Source: Candidatus Eiseniibacteriota bacterium (GTDB lineage Bacteria; Eisenbacteria; RBG-16-71-46). From it: a stretch of 49,569 nucleotides of DNA. A model generated the notes under the pieces. The model did no database searches. It was given only the letters and a program-made list of their open reading frames with translations, and was not told the origin of the DNA. This document shows, piece by piece, positions 12,222 through 22,019 of the stretch. Positions within the stretch are counted from its first letter, which is position 1; each line of letters opens with the position of its first letter. Made by a program: the position numbers and the translations under genes. The stretch covers positions 1 to 49,569 of the forward strand of contig JANMQY010000038.1 in NCBI GenBank assembly GCA_031370785.1, in the 5' to 3' direction.

Positions 12222-13142
12222 TCAGGGACGCGAGAGCGCGCTGCGGTACACGATCCAGGCCGCCACCCGGGCGACCTCGGCCAGACTTTCGGGAGAAACC
12301 TGGTCCGGCAGGTCGAGGTGCGTATGCCAGGCCGGATAGTCGAAGTCGATCACGTCCGCGGCCGGGATCCCTGCCTCGATCAGCGGGACGTGATCGTCGG
12401 TGAGGGTGTAGCGCGGCTCGCTCGAGAAGGCGCGCGCCCCGGTCGCCTTCGCCGCCTCGAGCACGATGCCCACCAGGTTCGCGGCGTACGCCACCGAGTT
12501 GCCCTCGGGGTGAATGTTCAGGTCGCGGTCTCCGACCATGTCGAAGACGAACGCCGCGACCGGACGGCTCCCGGGATTGCCTCCGTTGCGGAACCGCGCG
12601 GCATAGGCCTTCGAACCGAGGCAGAACTCCTCGGGCCGTGAGGAGTGCCCCTGATCCTCGCCGTCCACGAAAACCAGGTCGACCCCGATCCCGGGCCGCC
12701 GATGGTGGAGCAGCTCGGCGACTTCGAGCAGCACCGCGACCCCCGAGCCTCCGTCGTTCGCCCCCGGAACCGGATCGGCCCGGTGCGCGCTTTGCGGATC
12801 CTGATCCGACCACGGACGCGAGTCCCAGTGCGCGAGCAGCGCGATGCGTCGTCCGCCTTGCGGGCCGAAGTGCGCGATGAGATTCACGAGCTCGAGCCGG
12901 AGTCCGGGCAGCGAGTCGGTGAACGCCTGGCGCTCGACCGAAGCGCCGAGGCGTCTGCATTCGGATCCGATCCATTCCTCGATCGCCCGGTGTCCCGGTG
13001 TCCCCGGGATGCGCGGTCCGGCCTCGACCTGATGCACCACCCGCGCATGGGCGCGCGCGCCGTCCACTTCGAAGCGGGAGGCGCACGCCGCCGGGGCGAG
13101 CAGCAGGCTGAGCGCGGCGGCCGCTTCGAGCGCGCGTTTCAT
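12222..13142 (-). CDS. M28 family metallopeptidase / glutaminyl cyclase-like, exported (possible lipoprotein)
   Basis: AHWDSRP, GANDGGSG, DGED, DMVGD, DDH and WHT motifs. The signal peptide ends in PAAC. Confidence 0.85.
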   Translation of the reverse strand: MKRALEAAAALSLLLAPAACASRFEVDGARAHARVVHQVEAGPRIPGTPGHRAIEEWIGSECRRLGASVERQAFTDSLPGLRLELVNLIAHFGPQGGRRIALLAHWDSRPWSDQDPQSAHRADPVPGANDGGSGVAVLLEVAELLHHRRPGIGVDLVFVDGEDQGHSSRPEEFCLGSKAYAARFRNGGNPGSRPVAAFVFDMVGDRDLNIHPEGNSVAYAANLVGIVLEAAKATGARAFSSEPRYTLTDDHVPLIEAGIPAADVIDFDYPAWHTHLDLPDQVSPESLAEVARVAAWIVYRSALSRP

Positions 13143-13144
13143 GC

Positions 13145-16100
13145 TCAGAATGTGAATTGTGCGCGCAGCTCGACGCGCACGTTTCGCCGCACGATGCCGG
13201 TCTGCAGCTCGCGGGTCTGGCCGAAGCCGAGCAGGGCATTGCCGGTGACGTTGCTGCTGAATCCGTAGGATCCGGTCCCGTTCACCGAGAGCCGGTCGTC
13301 ACCGACCGGGAACTGTGGACGATTGTTGCCTTCGCGCAGCGTCTCGCCGGTGCGCCGGTTGTACTCCGCCGAGAACCCGAGATTCACGGTGGTGCGCACC
13401 GTGGTCTGCTTGCCGAGCAGATTCACCTTCTGCCCCTGGGTGTAGGTCCGGTTGATGCCGAGCTGAACGCGGGCGCGTCGCTCGGTCGTGATCGACCGGC
13501 CGAACTGCAGGTTCTCGCGCCGGGTCACCGTCCGCTCCATCTTGAGCTGGGTGCGCGTCCCGTTCTTCAGCGAGCCGTCGATGTCGAGCGGATGGAGCTC
13601 GCTGCTGACCGCGATCGTGAACGGATCGGTGTCGTTGCGGTATTCGGTCTCGCGCGAGCGGCTGTAGCTGGTGGTGAAGCGCGGCTCGCGCAGCACGCGG
13701 CTCACCTGCAGGATCTGCGGGACGCGCCCGTACTCCACATCGAAGTCCGGGAAGCGCGTACGAATCACCCGGCCGATCACGTCATTGGTGTTGCTGCGAT
13801 GCCACGTGTACTCGCCGCGGGTCCCGATCGATGCGCCGCCCCCCATCGCGAGCCGGGTGCGGGCGGCGGCGCGCGCGTCCTGATTCTTGCTCGACTGATT
13901 GGCGATCTGCTCGGCCACATGATTGCCGCCGAATCCCGGGTCGCTGCTCAGCCCGACCAGGTACAACGCGCTCGGGTTCCCGGTGAGCCGGGAGTAGTTG
14001 CTGCTGGTCGTGAAGGAGGCCTCGGTGCTCAGTGCGCCGAGCCGCGAGAGGATCGAGGAGATCGAAGATCGGCGCGGCCGGGCGCGGCCGCTGTCCGCCG
14101 GGCTCGGCGCGGCGACCTGCCCCTGCGGAAGGGCGAGCTGATCGAACGGCACGTTCCAGGTGAAGGAAGTGGTCTGCGAGTTGCCGATCGCGCGAATGCT
14201 CAGGTCCTGCGAGAGCTCGGGACCGTTGCTCTGTGCATAGCCCGAGCTCCAGGTGAGCGAAGGAGTCACCCACTTGCTGCGTTTGAGGGCGTAGTGCGCA
14301 TCCATGCTCTGACGCCAGCTGACCAGCCGCCCAAGATTGATGAAGCCGATCTTCTGAGTGAGATCCTCGCTCAGCGTGAGATTGCGCACGCCTTCGAAGT
14401 GGTGGTGGAGCAGATCGAACGGACGGGTGTCGGCGCCGAAGTTGATGTATGCGATACGTCCCTTGGTCAGGTTGCGAAGCACCAGGGATCCAGTCGAGTC
14501 GCGGTTGCGATCGTAGGTACGGCTCTCGCGCGTGGCCAGTGAGTAATTCCAGTAGATGCGTTCCGGCAGCGGGAACAGGCGCAGCTTGGTGCCGGGCATC
14601 GGGACCGTCAGCAGATTGCGGGGGGTGATCGAGTAGTTGACCGCGGCGCCGACCGAGGTGGACGTATCCACCGTGCTCGGGTTGCGGCTCACGGTACGCG
14701 AACGGCTGACGTTCGCGGTGATTCCTCCGACCGTATAGCGCAGGAACGGATTCGAGCGGTCGCTCCAGGTGCGCTGGTAGCTGGTGCTCCATGCCTGGGT
14801 CTCGCTGCGCGTCTCGCTGGCATCGGCCTGCGCCCCAATGCGCACGATGTCATCCCCGGCGCTGAAGCGCGGCTTCATCGAGGATCGCGCGTACGAGTAG
14901 CCGATCGGGATCACGATCCCGGTGCCCTCGAAGAAGCGGTGGAGGTCGACGCCGGTGTTGAAGTTGACCTGGCTCACGCTGACGCCCTGCCCGCGCGTCT
15001 CGCCCACGCTCAGGAAGTCGGCGTCGCGGCCGTTGTAGCTCAGGTTGTAGCTCAGAAGATTCGCCATGCGGCCGGTGACGAGGAATCGCTGGGCGTGCCC
15101 GACGTCCTTGGCCACGTCGATGGCGCGCAGTTCGTCGAACCAGAGCTGCCCGCGCGGGTAGACGCGGTTGCTGTCGGCGTGGGTGTTGATCAGACCGAAC
15201 GACACGCGCCGGATCCGGGTGAACGAGGGCCGCCCCTTGATGGTGTAGAGCTCGCCCGGATTGGGACCGGGGGCCCGATAGAGAATCGGGTCGATCTTCG
15301 GAAAATCCGGATTCTGCTTCAGGTTCGAGAGGTCGATGAGCTTGAGCTGCACTTCTTTCCAGTCCACCCCGCCGACCACGTGCGGCAGCGGCGCGCGGTA
15401 TTCGTAGTAGTTGTTTCCGATCTCGTCCGACGAGAAACGCACGAAGTACGCGAGCGAGTCCGCGGACGGGTTGTAGTCGAGCACGCCGAAGCCGCTCGCG
15501 AACCAGTCCAGCTTGCCGTAGCGCGTGTAATCCTCGTCGATCGAGAAGGTCTTGAATCCCTCGAGCGTCTGCCCGGCGCGCAGGTTGGTGAACTCGAGCG
15601 CGACCGACTGTTCGCGCCGCGTGATCGCCTGGTTGTTGTTGCGGGTCTGGCCGGGATCGAAAGGCGCCACGTAGGTGTCGGCGTTGTCGAGGGTGTTCAC
15701 CGAATTGAGTGTGAGCGTGGTGCCGCGCTCGGCCACCGAGTCGGGCAGGATCGTCGCCTGCCAGCGGCTTCCCACGATGTCGAGCGCTCCCAGCATGAGC
15801 ATCGGCCTGACCACGGCGTGCGCGAGATCGGACGCGCCGGTCAGCGCCAGCACGCTGTCCGGATCGGGATCGGTGTTGACGATGCCCTCGATCCACACCC
15901 GGACGTGCTGGGCCAGCGTCAGGTCGGGCAGTCCGAACGCGACTCGAAGCGAGTCGTTGAGCGGAATGCGATAGCGCCGCCATCCGTTGTCCGGGGTCAC
16001 GTTGGGATTGCCCGGGTAGTCGCGCTGCACATCGGTCTGAAGGTAGGGCGAGGCAGCGTCTCCCAGATCGATCGTGTACTCGAAGTAGTCCTCGCGCGTC

Positions 16101-19100
16101 TCGAGAATGCCGTTGAGGTTCAAATCCTCGGTGTCCGGATTTGGATTTCCTCCGATGCGGTTGTTCTCGATGCCGTTCGTGAACCGGTAGCGCCGTGGAT
16201 CGATCTCGTCCTTGGCCGCGTTGTCGTCGGTGTTGTGGAAATCGTCGCCCTCCGGATCCGAAGAGCCCGCCGTCACCAGATCGCGCTGTGGACCGGTTTC
16301 CCGCGCCGCGTTCGAAGGCAGCTGATCGGTGGAGTTCGGCGAGAATTTGTTGTCGACTCCGCTGTCCTCGTTGACGTTGTCGTTGGCGGCCATCTTCCCG
16401 TCGCGATCCGGCAGGTCTTCGCTGTTGAGGAGCGTGTCGGGCGGCACGTCCGGGGAGCGCATCTGATCCTCGCTCACCCGGCCGAGATCGATGTGCAGCT
16501 TGAGGCGCCGGCCCCTCACCCGCGGCTCGGAATACCCCTTGATATGCTCGTCGTTGAAATCGTTCACCCACAGCTCGATGAACTGGGAGCGAGAGATGTC
16601 GAGCCCCACGTTGTCGAGCGGATAGGTGAGTCCTGCCCACAGTGTGTCGTAGTTGCCGCCTGCGAAATTATTTTTGGCCGTCTGCGGACGTTCCGGCACC
16701 GAGAGCGCGAGCACCTGCCGGGTCACGTCGCCACCCTCGGCCTGCTTGAGATTGGGCTTGAGCTGCCGGTCCTTGACCGCCGTCGGCGGCGAGAACCAGT
16801 GGATTTCCGCGTTGTGCTGCCGGGGGATATCGAGGCTATCGAGGAACGAGCGCGGAATCGCACCCACGTAGCGGCTGGGAACGCTGGACAGGGTCCAGCG
16901 CTCGCGACCCATGGAGAGCGATACGGCATCGCGCACGCCCTCCATGTCGTCGATGAACACCTCGTTCCGGGTGTTGGGATTGGGGAAGGATGCGCCGAGC
17001 TCGGCCTGCACCCGGAAATCCGAAGGCGCGGTGGTGCGCACCCCGGGCAGGCGGTCCACGAGCCGCGTGATCCACTGCGGATGCGCGCCCCAGTCGCCGT
17101 TCAGATCGGCGATCAGGCTGCGCGAAGGCTCCTCTCCCAGGCGCGGACGCAGATCCTGCGCCCCGCGGCTCTCGTAGAGAAAGGCGCCGCCCAGGCTCTT
17201 CTCACGCCCCTCGAGCCGGAAAGCGCTCCCGACCAGGGTGCGTCCCGCCTGCTGGAACAGCGGCGCGTAGGCGTAGTTGATGTTGAGCTGGTCGGCGGGG
17301 CCCACGCCGCGGATCAGCTTCACCCGCCCGGTGTCGTAGTCGATGGTGTAGTCGCGGTCGCGGACCAGCGTCTGATCGTTGATCGTGACCACGTCCGAGC
17401 CTTCGAGGATCTGCCCGCGCCCGAGTTGAATCTCGTTGCCGACACCCGCGGCGGTGAAGTCGGTGTTGATGGTGTACAGGTATTGAAGATTGGGCTGGCG
17501 GGCGTACGTTTCGTAGATCTTGGAGTTCGCGGCGTTCTGCATCGAGTCGACGGTTCCGATCAGTGAGTCCCGTCGCGAGAGAAAGCTGGCCAGGTACTGG
17601 TCGAAGGCGCGCGCCCTGGGTCCGACCAGGCGCGGCGCGAAAGGACGCAGGTCGAAGAGGAACAGCGTGCCGTTGTCGTAGTCCACAAACACCTTGAACT
17701 TGCTGTCCGGCGCGCTGCCATCGATCCTGTTGTCGTGCTCGCCGAACCGGGGCGTTCCGGAGGTTTCGTCGAAGTTGTCCAGACCCACCGCCTCGATGTA
17801 CGGAACCGGCGTGCCGCCGCCCTTGAAGATCGCGGTGACTGGCGGATCGAAGCTCCCCTTCTCGATGACCAGGCTGAAAGACTTGGGATCGATGCGCTGC
17901 CCGCCCAGCCGGTAGAAGTTGCGCAGTTCGAGCTCGCGGGTCGCGTTCATGCGCGCGGTGTCGGAATAGAAGATGTTGCCCTCGATGTTGATCTTGGGCA
18001 GATCCGCTTCGCGCGGCTTGGTCAGCTTGAGCGATCGCACGCCCAGGGTGTCCCTGCCGCCGTACAGAGTGGTGGGTCCCACCCGCTGACCCGCCGAGTT
18101 CACCGGAGTGCCGGCGAACGAGACGGCCAGCACCTGATCGGCGGGCAGCGCGTCGCGAAGCTTGATGACCTTGTAGAAGGGCCCGTACGGCTGGATGATC
18201 TCGTAGTCCTTGTCCGGCCCCGGCTCGAGCCGCTTGAACGAGCCGCGGATCGAGGTCGTGTCGCCTCCGACGGCCGGATCCGCGTTCGGATCGAGGAATG
18301 CGCGCCCGAACACCGTATTCACGTTCGAGCTGTAGGTGTTGAGGTCGCGGTACACGCGGATGGTGCTGTCCTGCACCTCGAGGGCGGGAGAAAGATTCCC
18401 GTCGTACAGGAAGAAATAGGTGGACTCGATGTACTGGCCATCGAGGATCCGGTTGGTCTGCCGCGACGAACCGCCCGAGTAGGACGCGCGCTCGCTGCGT
18501 CCCTCCTGTTTGCTGGCCAGCAGCGTCATGTCGAGCGGCCCAAGCCGTCCGGCGGCCTTGATTCCAAACAGGCCCTCGTTCTTGCCGCTGTACGACACGT
18601 ACTGGGTGCCGGGCAGCGACAGGTTGGTGTTTCCGAGGTCGAACTCCTGGATCAGGTCGTCCTCGTCGCCCTTGTAGTTGATCGCGATCCGGTTCGCGAG
18701 CGGCACGGTGTTGGTCGAGTTCTGCAGCAGGTTCACCTTGATCCGGTCGCTGAGCTGGCCTTCCAGGCGGATGTCGAGGTTCTGCTGCATGTCGAGCGAG
18801 GGAAACAACGAGCGCTTCTGCCCGAACTGGCCGAGCTGCTGGTTGGTCCAGTCGCTCTGACCCGACAGCTGGATGCTCTCGGAGCCCGACACGTTGAGTG
18901 CGGGTCCGCCGGGGCCGAGCAGGTTCTGGATCCTGGGCGGCAGTGGCGAGGGCAGCTTGAACGAGAAGCCGGGCTGCGACCCCTGATACTGAGGCGTATT
19001 CGCGCCGAGGTTGTTGAGCTTCTCGCGCGTGACCTGGGCCCATGCCTTCTGGAAGTTCCGCGCGAACATCTCGCGCGAATAGTCGAGAAGCGACTCGCGC

Positions 19101-19399
19101 ATCGGCGCGCTCACGTCCACCGAGTTGATCTGCGCGCTCGACGCGAGGCTCGGCACTGCGACGTCGAAGCGCACGTCGATCCGCCGCGGATCATCGGGGC
19201 GGATCGCGAGGCGCGTGAAACGCGGGCCGAGCCTGGGGAGCGCGGAGGTGACGAACTGGTCCTCGAGCGCCAGGCGGGACGCGCTGCGCCACGCCAGCGG
19301 CAGGGTATCGGCAGGCGCTGGGTGTGCGGCGTGCTTCATGCCGAACCCGGGAAAGGAGAATAGAAATACGAGCGCTGCTGGAGCGAGAGAGGTCAGCAT
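13145..19399 (-). CDS. sprA: SprA/Sov-like very large outer-membrane beta-barrel (type IX secretion translocon homolog)
   Basis: 2084 aa. SprA-like segments: IAINYKGDEDDLIQEFDLGNTNLSLPGT, GLFGIK, DYTIDYDTGRV, RPRLGEEP, FIDDMEG, LHIDLGRVSED, DTEDLNLNG, GWRRYRIPL, GQLWFDELR. C-terminal beta-strands end in Phe. Confidence 0.88.
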   Translation of the reverse strand: MLTSLAPAALVFLFSFPGFGMKHAAHPAPADTLPLAWRSASRLALEDQFVTSALPRLGPRFTRLAIRPDDPRRIDVRFDVAVPSLASSAQINSVDVSAPMRESLLDYSREMFARNFQKAWAQVTREKLNNLGANTPQYQGSQPGFSFKLPSPLPPRIQNLLGPGGPALNVSGSESIQLSGQSDWTNQQLGQFGQKRSLFPSLDMQQNLDIRLEGQLSDRIKVNLLQNSTNTVPLANRIAINYKGDEDDLIQEFDLGNTNLSLPGTQYVSYSGKNEGLFGIKAAGRLGPLDMTLLASKQEGRSERASYSGGSSRQTNRILDGQYIESTYFFLYDGNLSPALEVQDSTIRVYRDLNTYSSNVNTVFGRAFLDPNADPAVGGDTTSIRGSFKRLEPGPDKDYEIIQPYGPFYKVIKLRDALPADQVLAVSFAGTPVNSAGQRVGPTTLYGGRDTLGVRSLKLTKPREADLPKINIEGNIFYSDTARMNATRELELRNFYRLGGQRIDPKSFSLVIEKGSFDPPVTAIFKGGGTPVPYIEAVGLDNFDETSGTPRFGEHDNRIDGSAPDSKFKVFVDYDNGTLFLFDLRPFAPRLVGPRARAFDQYLASFLSRRDSLIGTVDSMQNAANSKIYETYARQPNLQYLYTINTDFTAAGVGNEIQLGRGQILEGSDVVTINDQTLVRDRDYTIDYDTGRVKLIRGVGPADQLNINYAYAPLFQQAGRTLVGSAFRLEGREKSLGGAFLYESRGAQDLRPRLGEEPSRSLIADLNGDWGAHPQWITRLVDRLPGVRTTAPSDFRVQAELGASFPNPNTRNEVFIDDMEGVRDAVSLSMGRERWTLSSVPSRYVGAIPRSFLDSLDIPRQHNAEIHWFSPPTAVKDRQLKPNLKQAEGGDVTRQVLALSVPERPQTAKNNFAGGNYDTLWAGLTYPLDNVGLDISRSQFIELWVNDFNDEHIKGYSEPRVRGRRLKLHIDLGRVSEDQMRSPDVPPDTLLNSEDLPDRDGKMAANDNVNEDSGVDNKFSPNSTDQLPSNAARETGPQRDLVTAGSSDPEGDDFHNTDDNAAKDEIDPRRYRFTNGIENNRIGGNPNPDTEDLNLNGILETREDYFEYTIDLGDAASPYLQTDVQRDYPGNPNVTPDNGWRRYRIPLNDSLRVAFGLPDLTLAQHVRVWIEGIVNTDPDPDSVLALTGASDLAHAVVRPMLMLGALDIVGSRWQATILPDSVAERGTTLTLNSVNTLDNADTYVAPFDPGQTRNNNQAITRREQSVALEFTNLRAGQTLEGFKTFSIDEDYTRYGKLDWFASGFGVLDYNPSADSLAYFVRFSSDEIGNNYYEYRAPLPHVVGGVDWKEVQLKLIDLSNLKQNPDFPKIDPILYRAPGPNPGELYTIKGRPSFTRIRRVSFGLINTHADSNRVYPRGQLWFDELRAIDVAKDVGHAQRFLVTGRMANLLSYNLSYNGRDADFLSVGETRGQGVSVSQVNFNTGVDLHRFFEGTGIVIPIGYSYARSSMKPRFSAGDDIVRIGAQADASETRSETQAWSTSYQRTWSDRSNPFLRYTVGGITANVSRSRTVSRNPSTVDTSTSVGAAVNYSITPRNLLTVPMPGTKLRLFPLPERIYWNYSLATRESRTYDRNRDSTGSLVLRNLTKGRIAYINFGADTRPFDLLHHHFEGVRNLTLSEDLTQKIGFINLGRLVSWRQSMDAHYALKRSKWVTPSLTWSSGYAQSNGPELSQDLSIRAIGNSQTTSFTWNVPFDQLALPQGQVAAPSPADSGRARPRRSSISSILSRLGALSTEASFTTSSNYSRLTGNPSALYLVGLSSDPGFGGNHVAEQIANQSSKNQDARAAARTRLAMGGGASIGTRGEYTWHRSNTNDVIGRVIRTRFPDFDVEYGRVPQILQVSRVLREPRFTTSYSRSRETEYRNDTDPFTIAVSSELHPLDIDGSLKNGTRTQLKMERTVTRRENLQFGRSITTERRARVQLGINRTYTQGQKVNLLGKQTTVRTTVNLGFSAEYNRRTGETLREGNNRPQFPVGDDRLSVNGTGSYGFSSNVTGNALLGFGQTRELQTGIVRRNVRVELRAQFTF

Positions 19400-19447
19400 G
19401 AGGGTGGATGGCCGCCTTTTCCGCCCCGGAATCGTGAGCGGCGCGCG

Positions 19448-19476
19448 ACCCTAGCAGCCCAAGTTCGGTCGGTCAA
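19448..19476 (-). promoter_or_regulatory. sigma70 promoter for sprA
   Basis: TTGACC-N17-TAGGGT with TGn. Confidence 0.55.
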
Positions 19477-19534
19477 AGCCTTTAGCGGCAAAATCCATCG
19501 CTCCAACGACGACCCATGGGGTAGGCTGCAGCAC

Positions 19535-20908
19535 GTGCGTCTCCTCCGTTCCTACATTCTTCGCCTGCACCTGGTTCCTTTCCTCCTCGGCTTCGGCGTG
19601 GTCACGTTCATCCTCGAGATGGACGTGCTCTTCGACTATCTCGATCTGGTGGTCAATCGCGGGGTGGCGGTGGGTGTCGTGGCGCAGCTTTTCGGCCTGT
19701 CACTCGGCTACATCGTGGCGCTCTCGGCGCCGTGCGCGGTGCTGGTCGCGGTGCTGATGACCTTCGGGCGGCTGTCTCAGGATAACGAGATCACGGCCCT
19801 GCGCGCGAGCGGGGTGAATCTCGCGAGCGTGCTGCTGGGTCCGCTGGGCGCCGCCGTGGCGCTGGCCATCGGACTCACGCTGTTCAACAACCACGTGCTG
19901 CCCCCGGCGAACCACGCGTTCGCAAACCTGTTGATCGACATCGGGCGCATGCGCCCTACCGTCAAGCTGCAGGAGGGCGTGTTCATCACCGATTTCCCCG
20001 GCTACAACATGCTGGTGCACTCGGTGAACGGGCGCACCAACGAGATGCGGGGCATCACCATCTACCAGACCAACACCGGCGGACCGCCCACCACCATCCT
20101 CGCAAAACGCGGCTTCCTATCCTACACCCCGGATGGACGCGACGCGCTTCTGGAATTGAAGGACGGCGAGATCCACGAGATCCCCTCGGACGAGGGCGGC
20201 TCGCGCCGCTACCGGCGCCTCGCCTTCAAGACCCACGTGATCCACATCGCCGGCGCCGGACGCATGCTGGAGCGCACCGTGCGTGATGCGCGCAGCGACC
20301 GCGAGATGAGCGCGAGAGAGCTGCTGGACGAGCGGGCCGGGCTGATGGTCGAATACCAGCGCGCGCTGGCCGGCTATCAGGAGGCACTGATCCGTCAGGG
20401 AGCGCCGCGCGAGGCGGTGCTGGAGATCGCGCCCGAGCAGATTCCGCCGGGCGCGCTGGTGCGCAACCTGATCGCACGCATGCGTGGCGAGCCGACCGCA
20501 CTCGAGCGATTCTTGAGGCAGCACCCCGAGCTGCGCGGCACGGTCGAGCTGTGGCGCACCGAGCGCGAGGGGCTGCGCCGCCGCATCGCCGGAGTCTCGG
20601 TCGAGATGCACAAGAAATTCTCGCTGCCGGTGGCGTGCGTGGTATTCGTGCTGATCGGCGCTCCGATCGGCATGCGGGTGCGTCGCGCGGGGCCCGCGAT
20701 CGCGTTCATCTCGATCGGCTTCTTCCTGTTCTACTACCTGTGCCTGATCGGAGGCGAGGAGCTGGCGCGCCGCCTGCTGCTGCCGGCGTGGCTGTCGATG
20801 TGGCTGCCGAACATCGTGCTGGGCATCTGGGGAATCCGTGAAACGCTGATCGCATGCGAGCTGCTGCGCCCGGTCCCGAAGAGACAGAAGCTCCGGGCGG
20901 CCGCGTGA
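19535..20908 (+). CDS. lptF: LPS export permease LptF (LptF/LptG family)
   Basis: 3+3 transmembrane layout, FGRLSQDNEITALRASG, HKKFSLP, WLPN. Confidence 0.88.
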   Translation: MRLLRSYILRLHLVPFLLGFGVVTFILEMDVLFDYLDLVVNRGVAVGVVAQLFGLSLGYIVALSAPCAVLVAVLMTFGRLSQDNEITALRASGVNLASVLLGPLGAAVALAIGLTLFNNHVLPPANHAFANLLIDIGRMRPTVKLQEGVFITDFPGYNMLVHSVNGRTNEMRGITIYQTNTGGPPTTILAKRGFLSYTPDGRDALLELKDGEIHEIPSDEGGSRRYRRLAFKTHVIHIAGAGRMLERTVRDARSDREMSARELLDERAGLMVEYQRALAGYQEALIRQGAPREAVLEIAPEQIPPGALVRNLIARMRGEPTALERFLRQHPELRGTVELWRTEREGLRRRIAGVSVEMHKKFSLPVACVVFVLIGAPIGMRVRRAGPAIAFISIGFFLFYYLCLIGGEELARRLLLPAWLSMWLPNIVLGIWGIRETLIACELLRPVPKRQKLRAAA

Positions 20909-21999
20909 ATGTGAAACCGTTTCGCATCCTCGACCGCTACGTGTTCCGCGAGTTCGTCGGCTACCTCGCGCTCGGCCTGGTCGGATTCATCGTCATCTTC
21001 ATCGTGGTCGACATCTTCGAGAAGATCGACGTGTTCCTCGACCACCATGCGCCGATCGCGCTCATCACCAGCTTCTACCTGTATCGCGCCCCCGAGGTGG
21101 TGGTGCAGGTGCTGCCGGTGGCGCTGCTGCTCGCCACCTTTCTCGCGCTCGGCCAGCTCAACAAGTTCGGCGAGCTGACCGCGATGCGCTGCGCCGGCCT
21201 CTCGCTGATGAGCATCCTGCGTCCGGTGTTCATGGTCGCGTGGGCCGCGACCATCGGCGCCCTGCTGCTCGGCGAGTACGTGGTGCCGAGCGCCAACCAC
21301 GCTCGCGACCGGATCTTCCAGGAGCAGATCCAGCGCCTTCAACGCCCGACCGTGACCGAGAGGCCGGATCTCACCTACCTCGGGCAGGACGGGCGGATCT
21401 ACTACATCCACCTTTACGTGGTTCGCGAGCGGCGCATGCACGAGGTGTCGCTGCAGGAGTTCCGGAACGGGGAGCTGGTGCGTCGCATCGACGCGGCCGA
21501 GGCCACGTGGGACGGGAATCGCTGGGTGTTCAGCTCCGGCTACATCCGGAACTTCGCCAATGGACGCGAGTCGGCGAAGGCGTTCGATCACATGGCGGTG
21601 AACGGCCTCGCCGAGCGCCCCGAGGACTTCGCCAAGGAGAGCCCGCAGCCGAGCGAGATGAACTACCTCCAGCTGCGCGCCTACGTCGAGCGCCTGCGCT
21701 CGAGCGGGGCCAGGGTCGCGAACTACCTCGTCGACCTGCACCTGAAGCTCGCCTTCCCGCTGATCAATCTGATCGTGGTGATGATCGGAGCGTCGCTGGC
21801 GACCCGGCTGCGCATGCAGAGCGCCGCGCTCGGTTTCGGTCTCTCCGTCGCGATCTCGTTCCTCTACTACGCGCTGATGCGCACCGGCCAGGCGCTGGGC
21901 CACAACGGCGCGCTCCCGCCCTACCTCGCGGCGTGGATGGCCGACCTGGTGTTCGGCGCGATCGGGATCATCATGCTGCGCGGAGCCCAGAAAACCTGA
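20905..21999 (+). CDS. lptG: LPS export permease LptG
   Basis: RILDRYVFREF, GELTAMRCAG, LHLKLAFP. GTGA overlap with the lptF stop. Confidence 0.88.
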   Translation: MNVKPFRILDRYVFREFVGYLALGLVGFIVIFIVVDIFEKIDVFLDHHAPIALITSFYLYRAPEVVVQVLPVALLLATFLALGQLNKFGELTAMRCAGLSLMSILRPVFMVAWAATIGALLLGEYVVPSANHARDRIFQEQIQRLQRPTVTERPDLTYLGQDGRIYYIHLYVVRERRMHEVSLQEFRNGELVRRIDAAEATWDGNRWVFSSGYIRNFANGRESAKAFDHMAVNGLAERPEDFAKESPQPSEMNYLQLRAYVERLRSSGARVANYLVDLHLKLAFPLINLIVVMIGASLATRLRMQSAALGFGLSVAISFLYYALMRTGQALGHNGALPPYLAAWMADLVFGAIGIIMLRGAQKT

Positions 22000-22019
22000 G
22001 CGCCGGCGCGGCCGGCGCT

